The notes under the pieces: generated by a model
What the model was told of the DNA's origin: nothing
The model's input: only the letters and a program-made list of their open reading frames with translations
Databases searched by the model: none
Part shown: positions 43,856 to 53,671 of the stretch, piece after piece
Layout: every line of letters starts with the position of its first letter
Numbering within the stretch: position 1 is the stretch's first letter
Translations under genes and position numbers: made by a program
Origin: Clostridia bacterium
Lineage (GTDB): Bacteria > Bacillota > Clostridia > Christensenellales > Aristaeellaceae
Direction of reading: 5' to 3'
Length of the DNA stretch: 64,000 nucleotides
Assembly (NCBI GenBank): GCA_900769875.1
Contig: CAAGII010000016.1
Span: 14,795 to 78,794 of the forward strand

Positions 43856-44671
43856 ATGCGCAGAAAGATCCAGCGGATTCTGTCCGTGCTGCTGATTGCA
43901 GCACTCGCCGTCGCCGTCCTGCCCGCCAGGGCGCAGGCTTATACAAAGGCGACGGATCGCGTGACGGTGTACAGCCAGCACGCGTCGAAGTTCCGCGACA
44001 GCGGCAAGTGGGGTGTGTACGATCATCACAGCACGCTCTACAAGGCGGGCTGCCGCCTGTTTGCCTATGCCCATGCCATTGAGTGGCTCACAGGCGAAAA
44101 GCTGGGCGATACGCTGCTCAAGCAGCTGCTCAACGCTTGCTGCTCCCCCTCCAACAACCACGGTCACGACTACGACGGCTGCAAGAACAGCCCCTACCGG
44201 CACGACAACAGCAAGGACGCCTACAACGCGCTTGCCAAAAAGGTGTACGGGCTAACCGCAAAGAGCCAGAAAATCACCATCAGCACCTCCTCGCTGCGCA
44301 GCTTTTTCAACGCCGGAAAGGTCGCCATCGGGAGCGTGGGCGATCACATCGTGCTGGCTGTGGATTTTGTCATCTGTGACAAGGATCTGAACGTGGTGAA
44401 AATCAGCAAAAGCCGGAGCATCCCCTCCGGCTGCAAGATGTATGTGCAGATCATTGATTCCAGCGCGGACACCTCCACCGCCAAGGACGCAGCCTTCTAC
44501 CAGAACTACTACACCATGAAGGACAACCGGCTCATTCGCGGCGAGACGCCGCTGCGCGGCGGCTCTTCCTCCGGCCGTGAGTACTGGGTGGAGGTGTCTG
44601 TGCTGAAAAAGAGCTTTACCTCCTCCACCGTGATGTACGGCGGCGCATGGAAGGGGCACGACTACAACTGA
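43856..44671 (+). CDS. secreted hypothetical protein, possible papain-like Cys/His fold
   Basis: GAGGAGG lies 6 nt upstream of ATG 43856. The signal peptide is MRRKIQRILSVLLIAALAVAVLPARAQA. The strings YKAGCRLFAYAHAIEW and SVGDHIVLAVDF are arranged like a Cys-nucleophile helix and a His strand. The fold idea is a weak inference. Confidence 0.5.
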   Translation: MRRKIQRILSVLLIAALAVAVLPARAQAYTKATDRVTVYSQHASKFRDSGKWGVYDHHSTLYKAGCRLFAYAHAIEWLTGEKLGDTLLKQLLNACCSPSNNHGHDYDGCKNSPYRHDNSKDAYNALAKKVYGLTAKSQKITISTSSLRSFFNAGKVAIGSVGDHIVLAVDFVICDKDLNVVKISKSRSIPSGCKMYVQIIDSSADTSTAKDAAFYQNYYTMKDNRLIRGETPLRGGSSSGREYWVEVSVLKKSFTSSTVMYGGAWKGHDYN

Positions 44672-44681
44672 GAAACGCGCA

Positions 44682-44717
44682 AAACCGGCGGATGCATGTG
44701 TCCGCCGGCTTTTTTCG
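44682..44717. terminator. bidirectional intrinsic terminator
   Basis: The sequence is AAAA-CCGGCGGA-tgcatgtg-TCCGCCGG-CTTTTTTC. It sits between two convergent stops. Confidence 0.8.
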
Positions 44718-44723
44718 TGTGCG

Positions 44724-45722
44724 TCAGATGCTGCCGTCCATCCGCTGCGACATGATGTACGCGCGCTTGAGCATGAGGAAGTCCTCCATGCGCGTCAGCA
44801 CCTGATAGAGCATGGCGCGGCTCTCAAACTCCTCGCGGGTCGCGGGCAGCGCGCAGGACTTCATATGCTCAAGCAGCTGCGCCCGCCGCCTGAGGAGCGT
44901 GGACACGTCGTTGAGACGGTGATACTCGTCCGCCACCTGATTCATGAAGGCGCATACCTCCGTGTACTGCGGGGTGTAGGTGGTCACATCCCGCATCGCG
45001 TCGCGGATCTGCATCAGCACGCGGCACTGCGATTTGCGCAGCTGCACATAGGACGCATCGTCCGTATCAGTCGGCGTAAGGGTGTTTTCACGGTTGCGGA
45101 TTGCCAGTGCGTGCGCCTTCTCCAGCGTTTCAAGCAGGCGCGTGAAGCATGTCTCCTGCGCCGCGACGTCCTGATTCACGGGATCGCCTGAAGCGGCAAG
45201 GGCGCGGAGCGCCGCCACCATCTGCCCGTCCATTTCATCCGCCAGACGCCGCATCGCCAACGGATCGGGGCGCAGGTGCAGATTCACCAGCATGCCGCAG
45301 CCCGCGCCGATCACCAACAGCAGCGCCTCGTTCAGAAGCAGCGGCGCGTCCATGCGGCCGGCCGCCACGAAATGCGTAATCAGCACCGAAATCATCGCCA
45401 GCGCGTGCATCCACCGCATGCAGACGCACAGCGCCGCAAACACAAGCAGATACGCAACAAACCCGGGCAGCGTGTAGCCCATCAGCGCAAAGCACACAGC
45501 CGCAATGGCGACCGCGCACACAAACGCCAGCAGTCGCTCGGCGGCAAAGCGCCACGTATCGCGCTTGGTGCCCTGAATGCTGAGGATGGCGATGATTCCC
45601 GCCGTCATGCCGCTCTCAAGGCCAAGCATCGCCGATGCAAGAATGGATACCGCAGCACCAAGCGCCACTTTGCATGCCTGCCACAACGTGACGCGCCACG
45701 ACGTCATCGAAAGCCTGTTCAT
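44724..45722 (-). CDS. aromatic acid exporter (ArAE/FUSC-like) family membrane protein
   Basis: GGGGAGG lies 6 nt upstream of ATG 45722. The N-terminus WRVTLWQACKVALGAAVSILASAMLGL is followed by 5-6 TM helices and a ~170-aa helical cytoplasmic tail, the usual layout of this family. The label is from memory. Confidence 0.65.
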   Translation of the reverse strand: MNRLSMTSWRVTLWQACKVALGAAVSILASAMLGLESGMTAGIIAILSIQGTKRDTWRFAAERLLAFVCAVAIAAVCFALMGYTLPGFVAYLLVFAALCVCMRWMHALAMISVLITHFVAAGRMDAPLLLNEALLLVIGAGCGMLVNLHLRPDPLAMRRLADEMDGQMVAALRALAASGDPVNQDVAAQETCFTRLLETLEKAHALAIRNRENTLTPTDTDDASYVQLRKSQCRVLMQIRDAMRDVTTYTPQYTEVCAFMNQVADEYHRLNDVSTLLRRRAQLLEHMKSCALPATREEFESRAMLYQVLTRMEDFLMLKRAYIMSQRMDGSI

Positions 45723-45935
45723 GGTTGCCTCCCCTGCCGGTACCACGCGCACCGGCGCATTTCATTGTAGCGGCAGCCCGCCCGCTTGTCAACCCTGCCT
45801 TGTTTGGACAGAAGCGCTCCGTCAGGGACAAATCTTGCTCCATCAGCAGGGATTGGCAGGTTTTTGTCGAATATCAGCATCAGACGATGGCTTCTGCCAT
45901 CTGAAAATGAACCGACAAACAGGAGGGTGTTTCCC

Positions 45936-47084
45936 ATGGCGAATCGTATCGTGCTCAACCCCATTTCCTATCATGGTCGCGGCGCTATCGAATCCATTGT
46001 GAGCGAGGTCGAGGCTCGTGGCTGCAAGAAGGCTTTCGTTTGCTCCGACCCTGATCTGGTCAAGTTCGGGGTAACCAAGAAGGTCACCGACGTGCTGGAC
46101 AAGGCCGGTCTGGCTTATGAAATCTACTCCGAGATCAAGCCCAATCCCACCATTGAGAACGTGCAGACCGGCGTCGCCGCCTATAAGGCCTCCGGCGCGG
46201 ATTACATCATCGCCATCGGCGGCGGCTCCTCCATGGACACCGCCAAGGCTGTGGGCATCATCATCAACAACCCCGAGTTTGCCGATGTGCGTTCGCTCGA
46301 AGGCGTTGCCCCGACCAAGAACAAGACCGTGTTCACCATCGCCGTGCCCACCACCGCCGGTACCGCTGCCGAGGTGACCATCAACTACGTCATCACCGAC
46401 GTGGAAAAGAAGCGCAAGTTCGTCTGCGTGGACGTGCATGACATCCCCGAGGTCGCCATCGTCGATCCCGACATGATGTCCACCATGCCCAAAGGCCTGA
46501 CCGCCGCCACCGGTATGGACGCGCTGACCCATGCCATCGAGGGCTTCATCACCAAGGCAGCATGGGATATCCCGGACATGTTCCACCTCAAGGCCATCGA
46601 GATCATCGCAAAGAGCCTGCGCGCGGCCGTAAACCGCGAAGCCGAGGGCTTTGACGGCATGGCGCTGGGCCAGTACATTGCGGGCATGGGCTTCTCCAAC
46701 GTGGGTCTTGGCATCGTGCATTCCATGGCGCACTGCCTTGGCGCGGTGTATGACACGCCCCACGGCGTGGCCAACGCCATTCTGCTGCCCACCGTGATGG
46801 AGTACAACGCTCCCGTCACCGGCGACAAGTACAAGTATATCGCCGCCGCCATGGGCGTGGAGGGCGTGGAAGGCATGACGCAGGACGAATACCGCAAGGC
46901 CGCCTGCGACGCCGTGAAGCAGCTGAGCAAGGACGTGGGCATCCCCGCCGACCTCAAGGAGATCGTCAATCCCGCCGATCTGGACTTCCTGGCTGAGAGC
47001 GCTTATGCCGACGCCTGCCGTCCCGGCAATCCCCGCGACACCTCCGTGGAGGAAATCAAGGAGCTGTACAAGAAGCTGCTCTGA
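45936..47084 (+). CDS. fucO: iron-containing alcohol dehydrogenase, lactaldehyde reductase-like
   Basis: AGGAGG lies 9 nt upstream of ATG 45936. Long stretches match E. coli FucO as I recall it: GADYIIAIGGGSSMDTAKA, NNPEFADVRSLEG, PTTAGTAAEVTINYVITD..KRKFVCVD.HDIP and GFSNVGLGIVHSMAH.LGAVYDTPHGVANAILLP. Confidence 0.85.
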   Translation: MANRIVLNPISYHGRGAIESIVSEVEARGCKKAFVCSDPDLVKFGVTKKVTDVLDKAGLAYEIYSEIKPNPTIENVQTGVAAYKASGADYIIAIGGGSSMDTAKAVGIIINNPEFADVRSLEGVAPTKNKTVFTIAVPTTAGTAAEVTINYVITDVEKKRKFVCVDVHDIPEVAIVDPDMMSTMPKGLTAATGMDALTHAIEGFITKAAWDIPDMFHLKAIEIIAKSLRAAVNREAEGFDGMALGQYIAGMGFSNVGLGIVHSMAHCLGAVYDTPHGVANAILLPTVMEYNAPVTGDKYKYIAAAMGVEGVEGMTQDEYRKAACDAVKQLSKDVGIPADLKEIVNPADLDFLAESAYADACRPGNPRDTSVEEIKELYKKLL

Positions 47085-47117
47085 TCCCCTGTGGACTGAA
47101 CCTGTGGATCGAATCCC

Positions 47118-47148
47118 GCCGCCGCGTCCTCGCACGCGGCGGCTTTTT
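47118..47148 (+). terminator. intrinsic terminator after fucO
   Basis: GCCGCCGCG-tcctcgca-CGCGGCGGC followed by TTTTT. Confidence 0.85.
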
Positions 47149-47227
47149 CCGTGCTCCTCTTTTTTCTCCCGCGCAAATGTGGTATACTGCCTGTATCCTG
47201 AAAGATCAAACTGCCGGAGGCTTCGAT

Positions 47228-49795
47228 ATGAGTGATGTATTTCTGATCGTCGATGGCAACTCGCTGATGCACCGCGCGTTCCACGCCCTGCCCCTGATGG
47301 ACGCAGGCGGCGTGTATACCAACGCCATCCACGGGTTTCTGGGCATGCTGCTCAGGGTCGTCCGGGAGGAGGACGTTCGCTATCTCGCCGTATGCTTTGA
47401 CGAGCATGGCCCGACCTTCCGGCACACCGCCTACGCGGATTACAAGGCGGGCAGAGCGCCCACCCCGCCGGAGCTGAAGCAGCAGCTTGCCACCATCCGC
47501 ACGCTGCTGGACGAGATGCACATCCGCCGCTACGGTCTGCAGGGCTGGGAGGCGGACGATCTGCTGGGCACGCTGTCCCGTCTGGGCATGGAGGCGGGCG
47601 CATCGCCGCTGCTGCTCACGGGCGACCGCGACGCGCTGCAGCTTGTAGACGGCGTGACGCAGCTGATGTTCACACGCAAGGGCATTTCGGAGACCGTGCG
47701 CTTCACGCCCGAGACGGTGCTGGAGCAGTACGGCTTTACCCCCGCACAGGTGACAGACTGGAAGGGGCTTGCGGGCGACAGCAGCGATCACATTCCCGGC
47801 ATCGCGGGCATTGGCGACAAGACCGCCGTGAAGCTGCTGCAAAAGTATACAACGCTTGAAAACGTGCTGGCCAACGCGGCAAACGAGAAGGGCAAGCTGG
47901 GCGAAAGGCTTGCCGCCGGGGCGGACATGGCGCGCATGTGCAAGCAGCTCGCCACCATCCGCCGCGACGCGCCGGTCAACTTCTCTCTGGCGGAGTGCGC
48001 AGTGCCCGATTTCCGCGCCGCCATACCCGCGCTGGAGAAGCTCCGCCTGAACCAGCTTGTCCGCCGCATTGGCGACGCTCCGGCGCCGGAAACGCCCGCG
48101 GCGCCGGACACGCCGGAGGTCATCGCGATGCAGGAAGAAGTCTGTGCGAAAACGACCGGCGATATAAGCGCGTGGCTTGACGGCATCTCGGATCGCGCCC
48201 GTCCCATCGCGCTGCACTTCACCGACACCGGTCTGAGCGTCTGCGACGGCGACGGACGGCTTTTGCGCATTTCGCTCGGCGGCGATCTGCTCACGCCCGG
48301 GCTGCTTCCGCAGGAGGCGCTGTCCGCCATTGCGCCGGAGCTGCGCGCTCATCCCGCGGTGGCGCATAACGTAAAGCGCCTCATGCACCTGCTTCGCCGC
48401 CACGATCTGCCGCTGCCCGACAGCTTCGCGTGGGATACGATGCTGGGCGCGTACCTTCTGCATTCGCAGGAAAAGAGCTATGACTTCGCCGCGCTTCGGG
48501 GCGATCTGCCCGATGACGCGCTGGGCGTGATGTCGCTCTGCCGCTGGCAGAAGCAGCGCGTGGCATCTGACGGCATGCTTGAGCTGATGCTACAGGTCGA
48601 GCTGCCGCTGGCCATGGTGCTGTGGCGGATGGAGGACGTGGGCTTTCGTGTGGACGTGCCCTTTCTGCGCCGTCTGGGCACGGAGTACGAGGCGGAGATC
48701 GAAGCGCTCAGGCAGCAGGTATGGCATGCATGCGGCAGGGAATTTAACCTCAACAGCACACAGCAGCTGGGCGAGGTACTATTTGAGCATCTGCAGCTGC
48801 CGCACGGCAAAAAGACCTCGCGCGGCTATTCCACCTCTGCCGAGGTGCTGGAGGGACTGCGCGATATCGCGCCCGAGGTCATCGAGCCGCTGCTGCGCTA
48901 TCGCCAGCTGACCAAGCTGCAGGGCACCTACATCGATGGGCTGCAGCGGCTGACGGAGCCCGGTGGGCGCGTCCATTCGCATTTTGACCAGACGGCGACC
49001 GCCACAGGCCGCATCTCCTCCTCCGAGCCGAATCTGCAGAATATACCCGTGCGCACGGAGGAGGGGCGCGAGATCCGTCAGGCGTTCCTGCCCCGCGAGG
49101 GCTGGGTGCTGCTGGACGCCGACTACAGCCAGATCGAGCTGCGCCTGATGGCGCATTTCTCCGGCGACAGCGCCCTGCTGGAGGCCTTCCGGACAGGACA
49201 GGACGTGCATGCCCGCACCGCCAGCGAAATCTTCGAGGTGCCGCTTGGCGAGGTGACCCCCACGCTCCGTTCTCGCGCCAAGGCGGTCAATTTCGGGCTG
49301 ATCTACGGCATCAGCGGCTTCGGGCTCGCCCGCAATACAGGCGTGACGCAAAGCGAGGCGCGTACCTTCATCGACCGGTACTTCGCCAAATACCCCGGCG
49401 TGAAGCGCTACATGGACGAGGCTACCGCGCAGGGACAGCAGCTTGGCTACGCCGTGACGCTGATGGGCCGCCGCCGCTACCTGCCGGAGCTGAGCAGCCC
49501 CAACCGGAACATCAGGGAGTTCGGTAAGCGCGCCGCCATGAACACGCCCGTGCAGGGCACGGCTGCGGATATCATCAAGCTGGCGATGGTGCGCGTGGAC
49601 GAGGCGCTGCGCCGCGAGGGGCTGCGAAGCCGCCTCATTCTGCAGGTGCACGACGAGCTGCTGCTGGAATGCCCGCCCGAGGAATGCGAGCGCGCGGCCA
49701 AGCTGCTGCAGGAATGCATGGAGGGCGTGATTTCCCTCGACGTGCCGCTGCTGGCGGAGGTACACAGGGGGCAAAACTGGGCGGAAGCCAAATAA
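47228..49795 (+). CDS. polA: DNA polymerase I
   Basis: The 5'-nuclease N-terminus is FLIVDGNSLMHRAFHAL. The pol motifs are DADYSQIELRLMAH (A), RSRAKAVNFGLIYGIS (B) and LQVHDELLLE (C). I chose the start at MSDVFLIV (ATG 47228). An extended -10, TGGTATACT, lies at 47180-47188. Confidence 0.95.
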   Translation: MSDVFLIVDGNSLMHRAFHALPLMDAGGVYTNAIHGFLGMLLRVVREEDVRYLAVCFDEHGPTFRHTAYADYKAGRAPTPPELKQQLATIRTLLDEMHIRRYGLQGWEADDLLGTLSRLGMEAGASPLLLTGDRDALQLVDGVTQLMFTRKGISETVRFTPETVLEQYGFTPAQVTDWKGLAGDSSDHIPGIAGIGDKTAVKLLQKYTTLENVLANAANEKGKLGERLAAGADMARMCKQLATIRRDAPVNFSLAECAVPDFRAAIPALEKLRLNQLVRRIGDAPAPETPAAPDTPEVIAMQEEVCAKTTGDISAWLDGISDRARPIALHFTDTGLSVCDGDGRLLRISLGGDLLTPGLLPQEALSAIAPELRAHPAVAHNVKRLMHLLRRHDLPLPDSFAWDTMLGAYLLHSQEKSYDFAALRGDLPDDALGVMSLCRWQKQRVASDGMLELMLQVELPLAMVLWRMEDVGFRVDVPFLRRLGTEYEAEIEALRQQVWHACGREFNLNSTQQLGEVLFEHLQLPHGKKTSRGYSTSAEVLEGLRDIAPEVIEPLLRYRQLTKLQGTYIDGLQRLTEPGGRVHSHFDQTATATGRISSSEPNLQNIPVRTEEGREIRQAFLPREGWVLLDADYSQIELRLMAHFSGDSALLEAFRTGQDVHARTASEIFEVPLGEVTPTLRSRAKAVNFGLIYGISGFGLARNTGVTQSEARTFIDRYFAKYPGVKRYMDEATAQGQQLGYAVTLMGRRRYLPELSSPNRNIREFGKRAAMNTPVQGTAADIIKLAMVRVDEALRREGLRSRLILQVHDELLLECPPEECERAAKLLQECMEGVISLDVPLLAEVHRGQNWAEAK

Positions 49796-49818
49796 TGCGT
49801 CCGCCGCCCGACTTCAGG

Positions 49819-49852
49819 CTGCCTGAGCAGGATGGACTCAGGCAGTTTTTTT
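49819..49852 (+). terminator. intrinsic terminator after polA
   Basis: CTGCCTGAG-caggatgga-CTCAGGCAG followed by TTTTTTT. Confidence 0.9.
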
Positions 49853-49911
49853 GCCGCACCATGCAGGAATTTGCCCGCCTTGATCGTCTGATAGATGAAA
49901 GAGGTGATACC

Positions 49912-50556
49912 ATGGCAGAATTACTGATTATTGAACCCGACGCGCAGCAGAGCCAGCTCATGTCCTATGCGCTTGAAAGAGCAGGCCATCGCTGCACCGT
50001 ATGCAACGCCATCCCGGAGGCAAGCCGCGTGCTGCAGGGCGTCCGCCGCACGATGACCCTGCTCAACGCTCAACTGCCATGGTCGGAAAGCGGCACCTTT
50101 CTTCACGCGCTGGAAAGGCGCGGTCTGCCCGTGCTGTTCATCACGCCGGACGCCGGGAATATCGGGCATCTCAAGGCCATGTACCAGTCGCGCTGCGATG
50201 TGCTGCTTGCCCCCTACAGCGCCGCCACGCTCACAAGAGCCGTGTCGCAGCTGCTTGATCCCACCCGCCAGACGCTTGAAATCGGCGGATTGTGCCTGAA
50301 TTTGGACGACCGCACCGTCACGCAGGACGGGCGCAACCTCAGCTTGACGGCGCAGGAGTTTGCCCTCCTTCACGCGCTGATGGCAAGCCGCGGCGCGGCT
50401 GTCACCCGCGAGGAGCTGCTGCGCACCGCGTGGGGCTATCAGGGCATGGGCATGACCCGCACTGTCGATGTGCATGTGCAGCGCCTGCGCCGCAAGCTTG
50501 GCTCGGGCTGCATCGAAACAATCTACAAAACAGGCTACCGGCTGCGCATGGCGTAA
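49912..50556 (+). CDS. OmpR-type winged-helix regulator with a degenerate (non-phosphorylatable) receiver domain
   Basis: GAGGTGA lies 4 nt upstream of ATG 49912. The C-terminus is LSLTAQEFALLHALMASRGAAVTREELL...VDVHVQRLRRKL...YKTGYRL. In the receiver, Asn (AAC 50065-50067, LLNAQLPW) sits where the phospho-Asp belongs, and Ala (LLAPY) sits where the conserved Lys belongs. Confidence 0.8.
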   Translation: MAELLIIEPDAQQSQLMSYALERAGHRCTVCNAIPEASRVLQGVRRTMTLLNAQLPWSESGTFLHALERRGLPVLFITPDAGNIGHLKAMYQSRCDVLLAPYSAATLTRAVSQLLDPTRQTLEIGGLCLNLDDRTVTQDGRNLSLTAQEFALLHALMASRGAAVTREELLRTAWGYQGMGMTRTVDVHVQRLRRKLGSGCIETIYKTGYRLRMA

Positions 50557-50670
50557 CGCGCGCAGAAGCCGCAGCCTGACCGGCATGCTTTGCGATCCCG
50601 CAGGGCAGGCCGTTTTTTATGAGTAAATGGCCCGCCGTGCCATCATCCTTATGAACAAACAACAATCCTG

Positions 50671-50699
50671 TTGACGCGGACAGCCCGGTGGGCTATAAT
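50671..50699 (+). promoter_or_regulatory. sigma-A promoter of the dehydratase/aldolase operon
   Basis: TTGACG (50671-50676), a 17-nt spacer, then TATAAT (50694-50699). It predicts a ~94-nt leader to ATG 50800. Confidence 0.6.
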
Positions 50700-50799
50700 G
50701 GAGCACAGGAAAACCTACCGTATGGCACAAACCGGGAGCTTTGAGAACTGCCGCAACGCCATCCGTACAGACGAAAACCCGCCTTCAGGAGGAATACGC

Positions 50800-52524
50800 A
50801 TGAACATCAGAAGCCGCGCCGAGCGTGAGCTGTGGCCGCAGCTGGACGCGCTGCAGCTTGGTTCCGGCTGGGACGAAAGCGACATTGAGAAAAAACAGAT
50901 CCTTGTCGAGGACGTATATGGCGACAGCCATCCGGGAAGCGTGCATCTTGCCCAGCTTTCCGAGCATGTCTGCCGCGGCGTGTATGAGCAGGGCGGCGCG
51001 CCCGGGCGTTTCCACGCCACCGACCTGTGCGACGGCTGCGCGCAGGGTCACAACGGCATGAACATGATCCTCGCCTCCCGAGAAACGCTGGCCGATATGG
51101 TGGAGCTGCATGGCAGCTTTGTGTCGTGGGACGGCATGGTGCTGTCCTCCTCGTGCGACAAGTCCATTCCCGCGCATCTCAAGGCTATCGCGCGACTCAA
51201 CATTCCCGCCATCTTCGTGCCGGGCGGAAGCATGCGGCCGGGGCCTGATCAGACCACGTCCCTTGTCGCGGGCGATCTGTCGCTGCGTGAAAAGCAGCCG
51301 GACGGCGGTGTGACGCCGCAGGAGCTGCGGGATTTCAAGCTGACCGGCTGCCCGTCCGCGGGCGCGTGCACCTTCCTTGGCACAGCCTCCACCATGCAGT
51401 GCATGGCCGAAGCGCTCGGACTTGCGCTTCCCGGCAGCGCCCTTGTGCCCGCCACCATGAATACCCTGCTCTTCTACGCGCGCTACGCGGGACGCGCCAT
51501 CATGAAGCTGGTGAAGGAAAACATCCGGCCGTCCGATATTCTCACGCCTGCCGCGTTCCGCAACGCGGTGATCATCCACAGCGCCATCGGCGGCTCCACC
51601 AACGCCACGCTGCATCTTCCCTCCATCGCGCGGGAGCTGGGCATCGAGCTTCACCCGGAGCTGTTTGACCGGATGAGCGCCATCACCCCGCATATCGGCA
51701 ATATCTTCCCCAGCGGCCGTCACCTGACGGAATCGTTCTGGTTCGCAGGAGGCATCCCCGCCGTACAGAGGGCGCTTCGCGATCTGCTGGATCTTGATGT
51801 GATGACCGTCACCGGGCATACGCTGGGCGAAAACCTCGACCTCCTTGAGCGCGACGGCTTCTTTGAGCGCTACACAGGCTTCCTGCACAATTACGGACTG
51901 AAGCAGGAGGACGTGATTCTCCCTGCCGGCAGGGCGCCGGAAACCGGCTCAATCGCCATCCTTCGCGGCAACCTGGCGCCGGAGGGTTCGGTCATCAAGT
52001 ACAGTGCGTGCCGCGCGTCCATGCGCCACATGAAGGGTCCTGCGCGGGTGTACGACTCGGAGGAGGACGCCTATCAGGCCGTGGTGCAGGGCGATATCGA
52101 ACCCGGCGATATCATCATCATCCGCTACGAGGGTCCGCGCGGCAGCGGCATGCCCGAAATGCTGATGACCACCGAGGCCATTGTCTGTGACCGCAGGCTC
52201 AATGGCGAGGTTTCGCTCGTGACCGACGGGCGCTTCTCAGGCGCGACGCGCGGCGCGGCCATCGGCCACGTTTCGCCGGAGGCAGCCGTCGGCGGCCCGC
52301 TGGCGTATGTCATGACGGGCGATATCATCGAATACGACATTGCAGCCCGCTCGCTGAACGTCGTGGGCATTCAGGGCAGGGAGCTGGGCGCGGAGGCCTG
52401 CACAGAGGTGCTCAGGCAGCGCGCGGCCACCATGCCCCTCAAGCCCCAGCCCGCGAGGCGGGGCGTACTGAAGCGTTACACAAGCCAGGCGCTCTCCGCC
52501 ATGGAAGGCGCTGGGCTGGACTGA
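50800..52524 (+). CDS. IlvD/Edd family dehydratase (sugar-acid dehydratase-like)
   Basis: AGGAGG lies 8 nt upstream of ATG 50800. It reads [36 protein letters not shown] and [23 protein letters not shown]. These are the family's cluster-ligand and C-terminal signature regions. Confidence 0.85.
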   Translation: MNIRSRAERELWPQLDALQLGSGWDESDIEKKQILVEDVYGDSHPGSVHLAQLSEHVCRGVYEQGGAPGRFHATDLCDGCAQGHNGMNMILASRETLADMVELHGSFVSWDGMVLSSSCDKSIPAHLKAIARLNIPAIFVPGGSMRPGPDQTTSLVAGDLSLREKQPDGGVTPQELRDFKLTGCPSAGACTFLGTASTMQCMAEALGLALPGSALVPATMNTLLFYARYAGRAIMKLVKENIRPSDILTPAAFRNAVIIHSAIGGSTNATLHLPSIARELGIELHPELFDRMSAITPHIGNIFPSGRHLTESFWFAGGIPAVQRALRDLLDLDVMTVTGHTLGENLDLLERDGFFERYTGFLHNYGLKQEDVILPAGRAPETGSIAILRGNLAPEGSVIKYSACRASMRHMKGPARVYDSEEDAYQAVVQGDIEPGDIIIIRYEGPRGSGMPEMLMTTEAIVCDRRLNGEVSLVTDGRFSGATRGAAIGHVSPEAAVGGPLAYVMTGDIIEYDIAARSLNVVGIQGRELGAEACTEVLRQRAATMPLKPQPARRGVLKRYTSQALSAMEGAGLD

Positions 52525-52556
52525 TCGCACCGCAGCGCATGGAAAGGATGAACACC

Positions 52557-53468
52557 ATGGTCAAATACATCACGCCCGCCGTAACTCCGCTGACCGGCGA
52601 CGGTCAGCTTGACACGGACGCGCTGGAAGCACTGTACGAGCATCTGATCAGGGGGCGCGTCAGCGGCATCCTGATTCTTGGCAGCATCGGCGAGTTCTTC
52701 GCGCTGCAGCTTGAGACAAAGCAGCAGCTTATCCGCGAGGCCGCCCGCATCATCCGCCATCGCGTGCCGCTGATGGTGGGCATTTCCGGCATGAATCTGC
52801 CGGAAATCCTCGCGCTATCAGACGCCGCTGCGGAAGCGGGCGCGGACGCGGTCATCTCCGTACCGCCCTACTATTTCCATCTGCAGCAGCAGGAGATCGA
52901 GGCCTTCTACAGCTCCTTGGCGGAGCATGTCTCTCTGCCGCTGTACCTGTACAATTTCCCCGACCGCACAGGCTACAGCATTGCGCCCGAAACCGTGCTG
53001 CGCCTTGCGCGCAGATACCCGAACATCGTCGGCATCAAGGATACGATTGCCGGCATGGATCACACGCGCGAAATCATCAAGCTGCTCAAGCCGGAATTCC
53101 CGCATTTCGAGGTGTTTTCCGGCTTTGACGACAACTTCGCGCACAACGCCCTCTGCGGCGGCGACGGATGCATCGCGGGGCTTTCCAACCTCGCGCCGGA
53201 GCTTTGCAGCGCATGGCGCGACGCGGTCAATCGCGCATGTTGGTCGGAAAGCGCAGCCTGTCAGCAGAGGATCGACCACTTGATGGATATCTATGCCGTG
53301 GGAAGCCCGTTCGTACCCTTCATCAAGGAGGCCATGGCGCTGTGCGGCCTGCCCATGCGCGCACGGGCGACCTTCCCGCTGCCCTCGCCCTCCGCGGAGC
53401 AGACAGCGCGACTTCGCGCCATTCTTGCGCGGGAAGGGTTGATCGCGCCAAACGGCGCGGACGCGTGA
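52557..53468 (+). CDS. DapA/dihydrodipicolinate-synthase-family aldolase (2-keto-3-deoxy-sugar-acid aldolase-like)
   Basis: It reads ITPAVTPLTGDGQLD...GILILGSIGEFFAL and NIVGIKDT (Schiff-base Lys context). I chose the start at MVKYITP (ATG 52557, AAGGA ~9 nt upstream). Confidence 0.82.
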   Translation: MVKYITPAVTPLTGDGQLDTDALEALYEHLIRGRVSGILILGSIGEFFALQLETKQQLIREAARIIRHRVPLMVGISGMNLPEILALSDAAAEAGADAVISVPPYYFHLQQQEIEAFYSSLAEHVSLPLYLYNFPDRTGYSIAPETVLRLARRYPNIVGIKDTIAGMDHTREIIKLLKPEFPHFEVFSGFDDNFAHNALCGGDGCIAGLSNLAPELCSAWRDAVNRACWSESAACQQRIDHLMDIYAVGSPFVPFIKEAMALCGLPMRARATFPLPSPSAEQTARLRAILAREGLIAPNGADA

Positions 53469-53523
53469 GCGCAAAGCCGCTCCGCCGCTGATTGCCATGA
53501 TGCTGCGAATCCCCTCGCGCTTC

Positions 53524-53551
53524 CGCTCCTTTCCGGGGCGGGAGCGTTTTT
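53524..53551 (+). terminator. probable intrinsic terminator after the aldolase gene
   Basis: CGCTCC...GGAGCG (6-bp stem, 11-nt loop, with an alternative GCTCC/GGGGC pairing) followed by TTTTT. Confidence 0.45.
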
Positions 53552-53671
53552 GTGATGCCGTTTCAGGTTTTCACGGAAAGAAACGGAACGAGGCCACATC
53601 CGGGAAGAATCAAAGAGACTGCCGCAGATGCGAAATTCTGCCGCAGTCCCTCTTTGTATGGATTTTTCCGA

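Noticed and set aside
50706-50799. I considered a possible riboswitch in the ~94-nt leader of the dehydratase operon, and likewise in the ~70-nt leader at 20150-20220.
   Set aside because: I recognise no conserved riboswitch core such as GEMM, ydaO, TPP or T-box. Only imperfect local pairing is present. A covariance-model scan would be needed.
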